DNA of 64,000 nucleotides. Source: Octopus sinensis. Taxonomy: Eukaryota. Positions within the stretch are counted from its first letter, which is position 1; each line of letters starts with the position of its first letter. The DNA lies in assembly GCF_006345805.1 (NCBI RefSeq), contig NC_043005.1:42594001-42658000 (forward strand), given 5' to 3'. The notes under the pieces were generated by a model. That model was given only the letters and a program-made list of their open reading frames with translations, searched no databases and was not told the origin of the DNA. A program made the position numbers and the translations under genes. Below are positions 39,271 through 52,944 of this stretch, one piece after another.

Positions 39271-39439
39271 ACTTTCACACCTTCTCAAACGTCAAATTAA
39301 TACACCTGCTTGTTGTTTATATACCTGTCTTCGTCTTTTGTTTTTCTTTAAATTTCAACTATATGTGTGTGTGTGTTTATAACCTAGATTACTTAGATAT
39401 GCTTCAACCAAAGATTGGTCCAGGCTATATACACATATG

Positions 39440-39790
39440 CGCAGGAGTGGCTTGCTTACCAGCCACATGGTTCCGGGTTCAATCCCACTGCGTGGCACCT
39501 TGGGTGTCTTCTGCTGTAGCCTCGGGCTGACCAAAGACTTATGAGTGATTTGGTAAACAGAAACTGAATGAAGCCCATCCTATATATATGTTTGTGTGTC
39601 TGTTTGACCCCCCCACTATCACTTGACGAATGTGCTTACGTCCCCGTAACTTAGCGGTTCAGCGAAACAGACCGATAGAATAAGTACTAGGCTTACAAAG
39701 AATGAGCCCTGGGGTCGATTTGTTCGACTAAAGGCGGTACTCCAGCATGGCCACAGTCAAATGACTGCAACAAATAAAAGAATATAAAAG
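39440..39790 (+). mobile_element. SINE family A with deletions
   Basis: Head, body and tail recognisable. Confidence 0.8.
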
Positions 39791-39818
39791 AATACACACA
39801 CACACACAAGCACACACA

Positions 39819-39883
<65 letters not shown>

Positions 39884-40419
39884 GTCTGTGTAGCGATACT
39901 ATAAATAAATCAGTATGTCGAACGTATTTATACGCTTGATATGGCTTCATAAATGATAGACTTCAAGTGTTCATAGAACTGGAAGATGTGTTTTTATTCA
40001 CAAATTGAATGAGAAAATTTTCTCAGCTTTCCATGTTGGCGTTTATACGTGCTTGATATAAAGAAATGTACACGGCCTACTTTTTTCCTTTTTTTCCAGT
40101 CGTCGCTGCTAAGAATGTTTACAACAAAAAAAATTTTAGCTTGGCAAAACTCAGTGCATATCACCAAATATGCATTATGTTCTGTACATATAAAAATGGG
40201 TGTTCCAACTCTATTATAAACTATTGAATCTTAGTGTGTCACTGCCAAAACACGGTCACGCTAAAACACGTGTCGGGATAGACTGATGACGTCATTCAGA
40301 GCCCAGCTTGTAATACATACTTCGTATGAAGTCTATAAGGAGAAAATTTCCTCCAAGACAATAAGGCAGCAGTTGAACAATGTGTCACCAAAAAGGAAAA
40401 TTATAATTGTCATAAAATA

Positions 40420-40660
40420 TGTCAGAGGGTGTTAGAACACCTAAAATGCTAGAAATAAGAGCTAAAATGCTCTGATGCTGCAGGCAACGCACATAATTGT
40501 ATACATATATACTGATAGCAACCGCAAACGGCAGAAATCGGCTGTTTTGATATCCCTATACCGTCGATGGTTTCGCCATGAGTACGTATGTCTACTCGAT
40601 AAAAATCTATTGGTGATTTAGCGAATCGCTAATATGTATATTAATAATTAAATTAGGCAT
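40420..40660 (-). mobile_element. PLE-like terminal repeat (family 4), HHR partly deleted; inverted relative to 41690-41937
   Basis: Reverse-complement similarity to 41690-41937; 40421-40508 also directly repeated at about 41538-41628. Confidence 0.65.
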
Positions 40661-40664
40661 TAGT

Positions 40665-41535
40665 TGAGCAATTGCTTACGAACTACATGGTTCCGGGTTC
40701 AGTCCCACTGCGTGGCACCTTGGGCAAGTGTCTTCTACTATAGTCTCGAGCCGACCAAAGCCTTGTGAGTGGATTTGGTAGCCGGAAACTGAAAGAAGCC
40801 CGTCGTATATATATATATAAGATATATATATATACTAGCATATCGCCCGGCGTTGCTCGGTTTGGTAAGGGAAATAACTATAACGCATTTTTAGATAGTT
40901 ATAAGAAGCCAAAAAATTGGGAAAAAATGATGGTAAATTTTTTTTTTTAGTTAAAAAGGTCGATGTCGCCCCTAGCCGTGCTGATGGTTTGTGTTTCTGA
41001 ATTCTGACCCCATGTCGAATTATCGATTTTTTTCAGAACTGGGGGAACTTTCAAAATTTTGGCTGCGTTATTTTGAATTATGACATTGGGCTATGTGTGT
41101 GTCAAGTTTATCAGAATCGGTTGAAAGCCGTGGTCAGGGTGAGGGTACAAGCAAACAGACACACAGAAACACACACACAGACAAAACTGCCGTTTAATAT
41201 AGATATATATATATATATATATATATAGATATATATATAATATATATAATATATATATATATATGTGTGTGGTGTATGTGTGTTGTGTGTGTGTTTTGTG
41301 TGTGTGTGTGTGTGTATATATGTTTGTGTGTCTATGTTTGCCCCACAACATCGCTTGACAACCGATGCTGGTGTGTTTACGTCCCCGTAACTTAGTGTTT
41401 CGGCAAAAGTGACCGATAGAATAAGTACTAGGTTTACAAAGAATAAGTCCTGGGGTCGAATTTCTCAACTAAATGTGGTGCTCCAGCATGGCCACAATCA
41501 AATGACTGAAACATGTAAAAGAGTAAAAGAGTAAA
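40665..41535 (+). mobile_element. SINE family A split by a Helitron inserted in its internal (TA)n
   Basis: 5' half to about 40830, 3' half from about 41300. Confidence 0.85.
40835..41203 (-). mobile_element. Non-autonomous Helitron (same family as 5138-5507)
   Basis: CTAG at 40835-40838 with hairpin cccggcgttgctcgg; TCTATATT 5' end at about 41203. Confidence 0.85.
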
Positions 41536-41805
41536 TATGACAGAGGTTGTTAGAACACCTACAGTGCTAGAAATAAGAGCTAAAGTGCTCTGATGCAGCA
41601 GTCAACGCACGTAATTGTATACATACACCCTTTCACATTTTTAGTGACGATTATAATTTTCCGTTTTGATAATACATTGCTCAGCTGCTGCTTAATTTAA
41701 TTAATAGTATACACATTAGTGATTCGCTAAATATTCCATTGATTTTTATGGAGTAGACATATGTACTCGTGTCGATCTTATCCGGAATTTGGCGAGTGGT
41801 GCCGA

Positions 41806-41856
41806 CCCTACTGAAGAAGCTTCGATCTTAAAGCCGAAATCGTCGACGGTTCAGGG
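41806..41856 (+). ncRNA. Type I hammerhead-like motif (family 4)
   Basis: cccta-CTGAAGA-a-gctt..aagc-c-GAAA-tcgtcgacg-GTT-caggg; helix III ATCGTCGACGGT self-complementary; A.C mismatch at the base of helix I. Confidence 0.55.
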
Positions 41857-42212
41857 ATATCAGAATGGCCGATTTCGGCCGTTGACGGTCGTTGTCAGTA
41901 TGTATGTATACAATTATGTGCGTTGAATGCAGCATCAAAAAGACAAACAAAAAAAAGAAACTTAAACAAAACAAAACAAAATATATGCCAAAAGAGAGCT
42001 AATGCATGCACTCAGCGGGCCGGCAAAAGGATTGCGGTCGTGCAAACCATACAACGAGGGTATTTGAGGAAATCATATGCATCCAATTTTCTACTGTGCA
42101 AGTGGTACACTGTATTGAAAAAAAGTTACATACATACATTCATACGTATCTGTATATATTTATATATATATACACACACACACAATAACAATAATAATTA
42201 CATATAACTAAA

Positions 42213-42290
42213 CTAGCCGTGACCCGTTAGGTCAAGGTACCCGAAGAAACCGCGTCTTTCGGGAATCCGTGGTCCGATTTACATCAATAT
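42213..42290 (-). mobile_element. 3' end of a second Helitron family
   Basis: On the - strand, hairpin gacc-taacg-ggtc followed by CTAG|T. Confidence 0.45.
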
Positions 42291-42302
42291 GTATTTACTC
42301 TA

Positions 42303-42555
42303 AGGTGGCGAGCTGGCAGAATCGTTAGCAGTATTTTTTGTCCGTCTCTACGTTTTGATGTATTGATGAAGTAAGTACCAGTTGAGCACTGGGATTGATA
42401 AAATAAGTACCAGCTCAGCACTGGGGTCGATGAAATAAGTCCTAGTTGAGCACGGTGATCAATGAAATAAGTACCAGTTGAGGACTGGGGTCGATTTTAT
42501 CGACTAACCTCCTGCACCTAAATTTCGGATCTTATACCTGTAGTTAAAAAGGATG
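42303..42555 (+). mobile_element. Family B-type SINE with four 32-bp tandem repeats of the core and the alternative tail
   Basis: Head ggtggcgagctggcagaatcgttagca; repeats start at 42364, 42396, 42428 and 42460. Confidence 0.8.
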
Positions 42556-45500
42556 ATATATTTACTCTAACAGGTATATTCATAGTAGTTGTTTTTTTTT
42601 TCCAATATTTATTTGAATATATTTTGAACAATTTAACAGCTATCGCTAATTATTAATGCATTTTCCCTGCAGCATAAACTGTGTAAAATATTTGAATTCG
42701 TGAACGAATTTGATTGAGAGATTATTAATGAAGAGTTCTTTCTTAAATTTTCTTACAAATCATTGTCGCTCCATTGATTTTGTGGTTTGTTAAAACTTGT
42801 AATTTCTTTTATAAAGCATCCGCTTTTTCTATTTTAACTCGTAGTTTAATTTTGTCCATAAGTTTAATAAAGATTCATACTCGAAACAATCCCAACTATT
42901 ATGTTTGTTGAATTTTGTATTTTCTTTTAATCTTTTTTCTTTTAATATTTTCTCACTCGTCTTTCCCATAATTTCAGAATTTGTGGAAACAAAACATTAA
43001 AGGTAGCGATTATAATGGGATAGGTTTTTACGAATGAAATGATTATTATCTGGCTCTTGATTTTATATGTACTAATTATCAGAGAGAAATCATTTCCTTA
43101 GCAAATTAACTTCAAATATCTTATGAGAACCTTTATGACCTAATTTAATTGTCATCGCTGTGATCCATAGCAGTATAGAAAAGAGCAAGGAATGTTGTGT
43201 AGCGAAGCGTGGAGTCTCAGCACTTGTTTTAACAGGAGACGGAAATTGTTCTAAACTAGATTAACCAGTAATACAAAGATGCTATCATTGAGGAATATAT
43301 ATATATTCATATAGGCTATTTCTTTTCCTGATTAATCTAATTATTTCATTTCCTCTTGACAGTTCAGTTAACAAGACTTTAAACATTCATTTAAGAGCGT
43401 AATGTTTGTGGTGAGTTTGGTTGTCCATAACATTATTCATGCAATTTGTCGATAAATCTTATTTAGAGGGTTACTTGTCTATACTGGTCTCTGTACTAAT
43501 AATACAGAAAAGCTCTATTCTACTCGTTTTATATGAGAAACAATGAACAATATCATACTCAAGAATGTAACACAATCAAGTATATGAAGGAAGTAGTTTT
43601 GTCGTCCGAAAAAGACTGAAAGATGAAGCCCCTAATGAGAAGTTTCAATCTCAGAAATAAATTTATTAATTATGTAAACATTCTAAAGTAGAAAACTAAA
43701 TACCGAAACTGACTAAATAGTGAAAAGCCATTGACTATAGTATTATTTTTGTGACTACAGTACTGATTTATTTTTTTATTTTACTATATGTTAATTCAGT
43801 GGTTCATAACCTTCTTTTTATCTATGGATTCCTTTGATTACTGTTTTATTCTGGCGGACCCCTATAACCATTTGAAGCTTTAAAATTATTTTCAAGAAAC
43901 TTCTTTCAAAATTTCTACTTTATTTGTCAAGCATTATATTTGTGCAGGATGAACTATGTAAAACATCAGATAAAGAACATTTACTGTTTCTTGGAAAAAA
44001 TACAGCCAAAAATACTGCTGGGGATCCTCAATTTACTATCTTTCTTGCATGTTCTCCCAAACATTTTATATAGACCCCTAGGGGTCAAACCTCTGCGTTT
44101 GACTAATGTTTTAAAAAGATGAAATCAACTCAATTACATTAGTGAAAGAAGGTTGACAAACTTTTTCTAAATATCTTTATCGTGACATGGCAAAACCGAT
44201 TATACTTTACTCGAAAAACTTGGAGAAATATAGTGTTTTAAATAAGTACTTGTATATTACTGGTATATATTTAGCTATTCAAGTGGTGCAGATAATAACT
44301 GAATGTATAATATACAGAAACACTAAATGCATCATGTCTGGTTCCTGACCATCTTTAATAATAGTCCCGCATGCAAGATGGATGAATCTGCAGATGTTAT
44401 TTTCAGAGGAAAGCTACAAAAAGAAGTCGTGGTAGCGTGTTATTATTATCTCCACTATGGAATATGATTACTGATGTAGTCCAGCAAATCGGTTCATTAA
44501 AAAATATCGAGTATTTTACATGTCTGATTACAATTATGATATTATCCAAAACTTTGTCTGCATTCCTGTTAGAGCTGATTACAGAAGCACCAAACATAAT
44601 TACACTTTTTTTTTATTTTAGAAAAAATAATTTGATTGTTATTTTCATTTATTTTTAGAGCAAGAAAACAAATTATCTAAATCATAAATGAGTATTTTTA
44701 AAATGAAACTAGTATTTAATTAAAGATTCGACAAAAACGTTCAGTTTTATCTGTCATGTTGTAATTAGAATAAGTGAAAGAGATACATGTATTGTACTAG
44801 GAGATTAAACCAGTCGTAGTCAATGAGATACTGAACAGTAGATTCAACTTTGTTAGGATATTACGCCTCCTAATTCTTCAAATATTTCTTAATTACATCA
44901 ACAGTGACGAGTAACTAAGCAAAGAAAAGCTTGTCTGTGACACACTTTCCTTTCTCGTCTGGAACACCTTTACTCCCCTTTCATTACCAATGCCGTTGAA
45001 AAGCTCCTAAACTACCCTGGCTTCTGTTTTCCATGTCTGAAGAACACTACTTAAGCAGCCTTTACAACTGTATAAATATGCTTCATTATAGGAAATAAAA
45101 TACTAAGTTTGTATGGGGATGAGTTTGGGTATATAATTTATTTTTCAGTATAATTCAATGAAGCATCCTAACAGCTGTGAGTTTATATTTGTAGTCTTTC
45201 AACCGGGAAGTCATAAAATTTATTTCCTGTTTGTAAGACAAGGTAATGAACTGCTTTATGCGATAAATACGAGAAAGAAAATGAACCAAGTGTTACGGGG
45301 CCAAATCTAGTCGATATTATGGTTATTGTTTTTTGAAGGGCTATAACTGCAAGACCAAATCTATTCGTGCACCAGTTATTACGAATTACAGATTTAAACG
45401 AAAAAGTTTAAAAGGAATTGTAAATTATGTGACGACGATGCAACGTGAAGGAAGCGGTTCCAAAGGGAAAATAAATTCAAGTTTTACAATTTGAGTAACC

Positions 45501-47071
45501 ACAATGGGGTGCTAAGCTCTATACCAATCGGCCTCCACTATTGAATATGATTTATATCAAGAAATACCCATTATTCTATAATGTCTTGAGTTTAAAATTA
45601 GATAAATTTAAACTAGAGCCTCTCTTACATGTATTGTTTGTTTGTTTAGTTTAAAAAGTGTTATGGTATTAGATATTTTTCAACAAATTATCGAGTTCAG
45701 AGTAGATTCTAAGCTGTTAAAATCATTTGAGCAAAGTAAAGAAGAGGAGAACATTTGAAATTGTTTAAAAAATATAAATCGATAAAAATTAACGTAGAAG
45801 CATAAAAAGTATATCGTTACTTTCAGTGAACAAAGAAAAAAAAAGAACAGCCTTAATGATATTTAATTTACTTCTCAAAAGTAGTTCATGTATTCACGAG
45901 AAAATTGGTAATTACATTTGTGTGTCCAAAATAGAATAAAGTAAGAGATTAGCAACAGATTTTGTTGACAAGAGAATAGGAATTTATGCAGAGTGCTTGC
46001 ACTCCAATTTCGTTCATTTATCTTCGACCGTACAAATAAAGAATTTATTTACACTTGGTCATATAAATCTCAACGCACAACAGAACGACATCCAATCAGC
46101 CGTTGTTTTTAGAAATTACTTTAAGTAACAATAGCAGTGAAAACTAAAATTAAAGAATGATCTGAACTGTTTAGTTTATATGTGGAGATATGTCGTATAT
46201 TATGCATATATCTTCTATAGATTATAAGAGGTCTTTACGATATTGTATACCAATGTTCTAGCGTACCGATTGTCTTTTTGTACATATTGTATTTCAGAGA
46301 ATGTAACAGAACACTTAGCTGTTTAATGTCGTAATTGTCGTGAATTTCTTGTATATTATACTATTCTATATTTTGTTAAGTGTATCTTTATAATATGAAA
46401 GTTATGTTTGTTTGGATTAATAAATCAGTTATAAGGTTAATGTGCATTTTTATTCTATTTTTGGCGCCAATTCGCTTCATAACAGTAGCTGCGGACGAGT
46501 TTGCTACATATTAAAAATAGGATTTTATCGGAAAATTTTCTCCCAGTTCTATTATGTTTTGAAATAACTGACACTGTTGTGCCAAAATAAACATTTACCT
46601 AAGCTCTACTATATTCTGTTTAGAAATATAGCAGAAATTTGTAACCATTGTATGCAAGTATATAGTCACTTATAAATACATACAACAGTATCCTTTGTTC
46701 AAATCCAGATTTAATTCAAATATTTATAGATATAGAATGTTACTTTATTACACCTAACAGTCCGCCCGTAACTCACTTAAGCTTTATATCGACACACGAG
46801 GCATTTGGGATGACATTTCGTATGTCTAGACTGTTTCTTATGAGGTTATTGTTGAATAGATATTTTAACCTTATTTCGACCATTATCGTTTTGTCGTTAT
46901 ATTTTCTTCGGAGGGTGTCATTTGAACAATTGTTTATGTTTTTTAAAAGTTTTGGGAATATCTTTTTTGATAAAAGTAGAGAAATCTAGAAATTCTAAGG
47001 TCTACGTTTTTTGCTCCTCTCTCTTCTGAAATTTATAGTGATATCCTTCAGCATATTTCAAGTATCACCGC

Positions 47072-47106
<35 letters not shown>

Positions 47107-47924
47107 CAGAAAGAAGCATACTCTAACGAATAGAGCAGTAATTATTACAACAAAATTTTATGTCTTGGACATAGAGTTACCTAAGGTTTCGCACCCACAA
47201 AGCCAAAGCCTTGTGGACAGCTTGTCACACTCTATATAAAATGACGTGAGCGTGAGGAAACGCTCGGAAAACGAGAAATACGTCTTAATAAAACAACCTT
47301 AATGAGGACGGGTTATTTTCCCTGAACCAGAGGAAAAAAAAAACTCTTATAAGCTCGAAGAGGTCTAATAAGCAAACGGGGAGATCTAACTTTCCAGGAA
47401 GTAGCGCTTGAAGTGGACACATTTATAAAACACTTCTTTCCGACTATTTAACGTGCCAGGTTTCGAATAGTCGTTAAGAAAATTTGGCTCTCTCCGCGAT
47501 GCAGATCTTGCAACAGCCACTTCCGTTAATATATGTGCCCGGATATTCAATTAATGTCCACATGATATCACACGGGATATCTTTATCTATATATATAACA
47601 TCATGAACTCATAGAGAAGAATGGAGAGTTATACATCTTCAAAATTTATTTTAATATTACGATCTGACATGTGTTTCCGCTGGATAGGAGTGCAAATGTC
47701 CTTTGATGTAGCATTTATGTACATTTAGTCAATTTAAACTAAATAAGTTGCAGAACATATTCATCTAAAGTAGCCATTCCTATGCAGAATGTTCAAGGTT
47801 TTTTCCCCACTCGGGTGAGTGAAGCTAACTTCTTTATAATGTCTTGATTATATAATCTGTATGCCGTATGAAATCTAGTGAAGTGAACTCAGGATTTACC
47901 TATCGAGTGAAGTACCCTGTAACT

Positions 47925-48124
47925 GTTTACTCTTTATTCTTTTACTTGTTTCAGTCATTTGACTGCGGCCTTGCTGGAGCACCGCCTTTAGTCGAGCAAA
48001 TCGACCCCGGGACTTATTCTTTCTATCGGTCTCTTTTGCCGAACCGCTAAGTTACGGCGACGTAAACACACCAGCATCGGTTGTCAAGCAATGGTAGGGG
48101 GATAAACACAGAAACACAAACATG

Positions 48125-48156
<32 letters not shown>

Positions 48157-48320
48157 AACGACGGGCTTCTTTCAGTTTCCGTCTACCAAATCCACTCACA
48201 AGGCTTTGGTCGGCCCGAGGCTATAGTAGAAGACACTTGCCCAAGATGCCACGCAGTGGGACTGAACCCGGAACCATGTGGTTGGTAAGCAAGCTACTTA
48301 CCACACAGCCACTCCTGCGC
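47925..48320 (-). mobile_element. Full-length SINE family A
   Basis: Reverse complement of 12234-12628. Confidence 0.9.
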
Positions 48321-48432
48321 CTAACTTAAATAATTTTGCATGCTCCCTGTCATTCGATATGGTTAGTCAGATCTAGAGTATATGAGTCCTAATGCGGTAT
48401 CTGCCCGGATTCTGAATTCCTATTCCTTTACG

Positions 48433-48529
<97 letters not shown>

Positions 48530-48532
48530 CAG

Positions 48533-48604
<72 letters not shown>

Positions 48605-48606
<2 letters not shown>

Positions 48607-48990
48607 GGCTGTGTGGTAAGATGTTTGCTTCCCAAATATATCGTTCCGGGTGCGTTGCACCTTGCGCAGACGTCTTCTACTTAAACCGCCGGGCAGACCA
48701 AAGCCTTGAGAGGATTCGGCAGACGCAAATTGAAAGAAGCTCGCCGTGTGTGTGTGTGTGTTTGTATGTCTGTGTGTCTGTGTTTGTCTCCTTCACCGTT
48801 TAGCAAACCGGTGTTGGAGTGTTTATGTCCCCGTAACATTGCCGTTTGGCAAAAGAGAACCGATAGAATAACTTCCAGGCTTAAAAAGGAAAGAAAGCAC
48901 GGGGGTCAATTCAGTTGACTAAAATTCTTTAAAGGTGGTGCTCTAGTATGGCCACAGTGTTATGACTAAAGCAAATAAAAGAACAAAAGA
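48605..48990 (+). mobile_element. Diverged SINE family A
   Basis: Head and tail recognisable, follows (GATA)n. Confidence 0.7.
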
Positions 48991-49399
48991 AGATATATAT
49001 AAAATATATTATATTATAGTAATTCTATCACTACACCATTTTTCTTATTTATATTGTTATACGTCATTTTTCTTTTCCCTTTCTAGATTAACCCTGACAC
49101 ACATTTAGCTGTAATATTCATTGAAATGCAATTACTTGGACTGTTTACGATGGGATGGCTTCCTCAGCTGTTATCCCAATTCAAAAAGAGAAATAATGAC
49201 AACTATGGATATATTCCAGATGCGAATATATTTTATATTATGAAATAAATTCCTTGTCCAAATATATTTATGCTGAGTTGACAGGGTTCCTTAAGTTATT
49301 GACTCAGTTTTTTTCTTTGTATAGAATGAAGAACGGTATAAGGTCTGAATCACGTTGTTGCGTTATAGTTCAAGTGAAATAATCCTTTTTACTGTAGGC

Positions 49400-49600
49400 A
49401 CAAGTCCTGAAATTTAGAAGGAAGGAATAAGTCGACTACATCGATCCCGGTATGCAACTGGTATTTAATTTATCGACTCCAAAAGGATGAAAGCAAAGTC
49501 GATCTCGGCGAAATTTGAACTCAGAACGTAAAAACTGACGAAATATGGCTAAACATTTTGCCAGACATGCCAACGACTCTGCTAGGTCGCCGCCTTAAAT
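49400..49600 (-). mobile_element. Family B-type SINE with the alternative tail
   Basis: Reverse complement of head, B box and Meta-like core. Confidence 0.75.
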
Positions 49601-50519
49601 TTCAATTGAAATAATAACATAAATTATTTGAAAAGAACAAAATTCGATAATGTCAACGTAGTATGAGATTGTATTTGTTTTATGAGCATAATTGTCGTAC
49701 AAGTTCGTGTTCTAAATGTTTCGCGCGAAGACATTCTGAGAGAAACCATTTTCTCTTAATTTAGATTAAGATTTTGCTCTATATTGTTCAAAACAGTTCA
49801 TTTCCAGGCCTCTCAAATTATAGTGTATAACTTATTTAAAACAAATTATGCATCAAAAGAATTTAAGGATCATAAATATATTTCTTAAGAAAACTTCAGA
49901 AATTCTGGGGCACATTTGTAGTTGTAAAACAAATAATGGTAATAACTGCCGAAGATTTGTAAGACGTAATCGAATTTATACTTCTTTTGAGGAGTTGGTA
50001 TATCATGTCGGTAATACTATATGTGTAATACATAGTTTCTAGCATTGTCTACAATTATATTGCAATGTAAATATTTGCTTTCTTTAATTCTTTGGACTCT
50101 GGGGAAAATAAATGAGACATAGCTTTAAGAGTAAAACGTCTAGAAACGATGTGAAATATTGATTTTAGTTTGAGAATCTTATATAAGAGGGAATATGGTT
50201 AGTGTTAGAGAATTATTAGGAAAAATGCTGCGAGTAAAATATGAGCCGTGCTTATCTATTTCGAAGTTATGTTATTAGAAAGTGTTGATTAACCTTTGGG
50301 CAAACTTCATTAAAAATTATTTCCGCGGGTAATAGTTAGGTCTCAAATGACCAAAGAAACTTTTAATTAGTCAAATAAAGTTGCTATGTATTAGCTAATA
50401 AAATATGTTTCGCGTAATCTCACAATTGAAAGTTAGAGGTTAGAATGTCAAGATGGATTCTATTTCTCTAGTATTTTCCGGATTTCATTCACTTTGATTA
50501 TTCTAGTATTTACTGGTGT

Positions 50520-51070
50520 TCAGATCAGATCAGATATAGGGGCATGCGCCGTGGCAGCGAGTTGCTACATTCACCATTTGTTGGTATATTCCTGGGTCCT
50601 CCCGGATGACCTATCGAGTAGAGTCCCAGTCGGTCCCCATCTCTGCAAGACAGCTCCTCGTATGTCATGACCACGTGATATGTGGTCGACCAACATGAGC
50701 CGTCAACCCAGCCGGATCTTCAGGGAAAAGAACACTGAAAGCAGAGTCTAACGGGGAAAATCGAGCAAAGTGGCCAAACAATCACCCAAGTAACAGGATG
50801 CATCCCAGTTCTTAGTTGAGTCGTTGGTTGGATACAAAATCCGACCCATGGTAACTCATAATCCTGCGAAGATTCCTGGTACCAAAGGAGCTCTGGCGAC
50901 TCCTAAGGACTCCGTCCAGTGTCCAAGTCTCACAATTATAGAGCAGAGCAGAAAGGACCAAAGGTCTAAAGACCCGAACTTTCGCCCTTCTACACAGATA
51001 TCCGCAGCACCAAACACTCTTGTCCAATGAGCCCACAACTGTATCAGTTTGTCCAAAAGTGATGTTCCGC
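50520..51070 (-). mobile_element. 3' end of an RTE-clade LINE
   Basis: KVRVFRPLVLSALLYNCETWTL..FGTRNLRRIM..DFVSNQRL; (TCTGA)n 3' tail at about 50520-50535. Confidence 0.85.
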
Positions 51071-52596
51071 ACCAACCAATTATAATTTTTCTTTCAAAAG
51101 TATCAAATTTTCTTTCTTTGTTGATATTATATTACTTCCAGCAAATACGCAGAATTTCTATTTAAAAATCCACGTCTTTAAATCCTTCGTAGTCCGCAAA
51201 ACGCATAATACTTAAATATTTAATCGTTTTAAATTGATTCATAAATTTATCCTGTTGTATATCTTTGTGCCTTTGTTATTCAGAATGTACCGCAATTACG
51301 GCATCTTACTGCAAGTTTCTTTTATAATTAAATCAAAATAATATAAAACTGCAGCAACGTACCTATTTTACTGTAATATTTCAGGAAGTGGCGAATCAGT
51401 ATTCTTACGTGGCTTTCACATTAAATTAAGCTCATATGGAGCCAACGAAAGAAGGTTATATACTGTCTCACTACCTCATAGAAACAACAGCCAATTCTTT
51501 GTCAAGTCACGCATACTATATTAGATACACTGGACAAATTCACTCTTGATGCCATGCAGAATTAAAGAAAGCAAATATTTACATCACTCTTGATGCCCCG
51601 CTCAATAATTTGCTTAACTCTGGCTAACATGGAGTTAAACAACATTAACTTTATATGGTTGTGTAGATATATCTTGAAGCTGATGAATAATTTTACTATA
51701 GGCGTACTATTGGTGTGTTTAGAGATTTATTTCTCGTCTCAGAACACCCAACAGAGTTTTGTTAGATTTAACTCTGGACTGTTTAAGGAATCAACCATTA
51801 ATTCTATATAAATTTATGCGTATTCGGACAGAGGAAAAATTTCTGTCAGTATAGGATAATAAACCTTTCTATATAAAATATACGTCCATCAAGTACACAA
51901 GAAACTGTTGCTGCTGTTGTTGTCGTCAGCATCGAGGTTGTTGTTGTTGATTTTTTTGTTGTTGTCTCGCCTCAGGTCAGCCTTGATAGAGCAAAAATTA
52001 CAGTAATTTATCCTAATATTCATTAAGTTTGCCTTTCCGATATATAAGAAATATTATCCACTAATCCGCAATTATTATAAATCAGATTAATAAGAAAATG
52101 CCTGTTAGATATGAAAGAGAAGAGAAACAAGACGTTTCTTTTCAAACTATCATTTCCATTGGAATATTTAGGTCCGAGAAATGTTTGATTGAGAGAGATC
52201 AGAGAGATAAAACGTTATTAATTCTAAGTTCTTTTTTTTTTTTCTGCCTGAAGTGAGTAATAAGTCCATAAACGTAAAGAATTAAGAGAGTGTAATTATT
52301 GAGTAGCATTGTGCGGTGGATAGCAGCACTGTATGGTGAGAAAGATTCATAGAATATTTGTATATAGAACATTATACGGGGCGATATAATTATTATATGT
52401 ATAACATGTGTAATGTGGCCGCTAGATATAGCAGACTGAGTAGATGTTTGATAAGGATTTCTCCTATTATTTACTAGGTTGATGGTTGATACATGTATGA
52501 TACTGCATACATATATATATGTGTGTTTGCGTACATGCATGTATGCCAATACAAATGTATGTGTATATATATATATGTATACGTATATGTATGTAC

Positions 52597-52760
52597 AGGA
52601 AGTGCTGGTGTGTGGTAAGTAGCTCGCTTACCAACCACATTCGTCAGGATTCAGTCCCACTGCGTGGCAACACTTGGGCAAGTGTCTTCTACTATAGCCG
52701 ACCAAAGCTTGTGAGTCGATTTGGTAGACGGAAACCGAAAGAAGGTGTCGTTGTATATAT
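52597..52760 (+). mobile_element. SINE family A, 5' half
   Basis: Matches the family head. Confidence 0.75.
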
Positions 52761-52854
52761 ATATATATATGATATATATATATATATATATATATAAACA
52801 TTATTGGTGAATTGAAGAAATGGAGTGAACGCAGATTGAACAGAAATCGTTTTA

Positions 52855-52944
52855 TTCATTCTACAAGCGTGTTTCGAAAGGCACAAAATTACCAAAATCC
52901 GATTGAATAATGGGACCATATTGTGTCTTCTCTTCAGGAAAGAA
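52855..52944 (-). ncRNA. Mirror family 5 hammerhead motif
   Basis: Same core on the - strand; helix III reads ACACGCTTGT. Confidence 0.65.

Noticed and set aside
44403-44658. RGSVLLLSPLWN resembling an RT QGxxLSP motif
   Set aside because: Single weak motif with no flanking RT motifs
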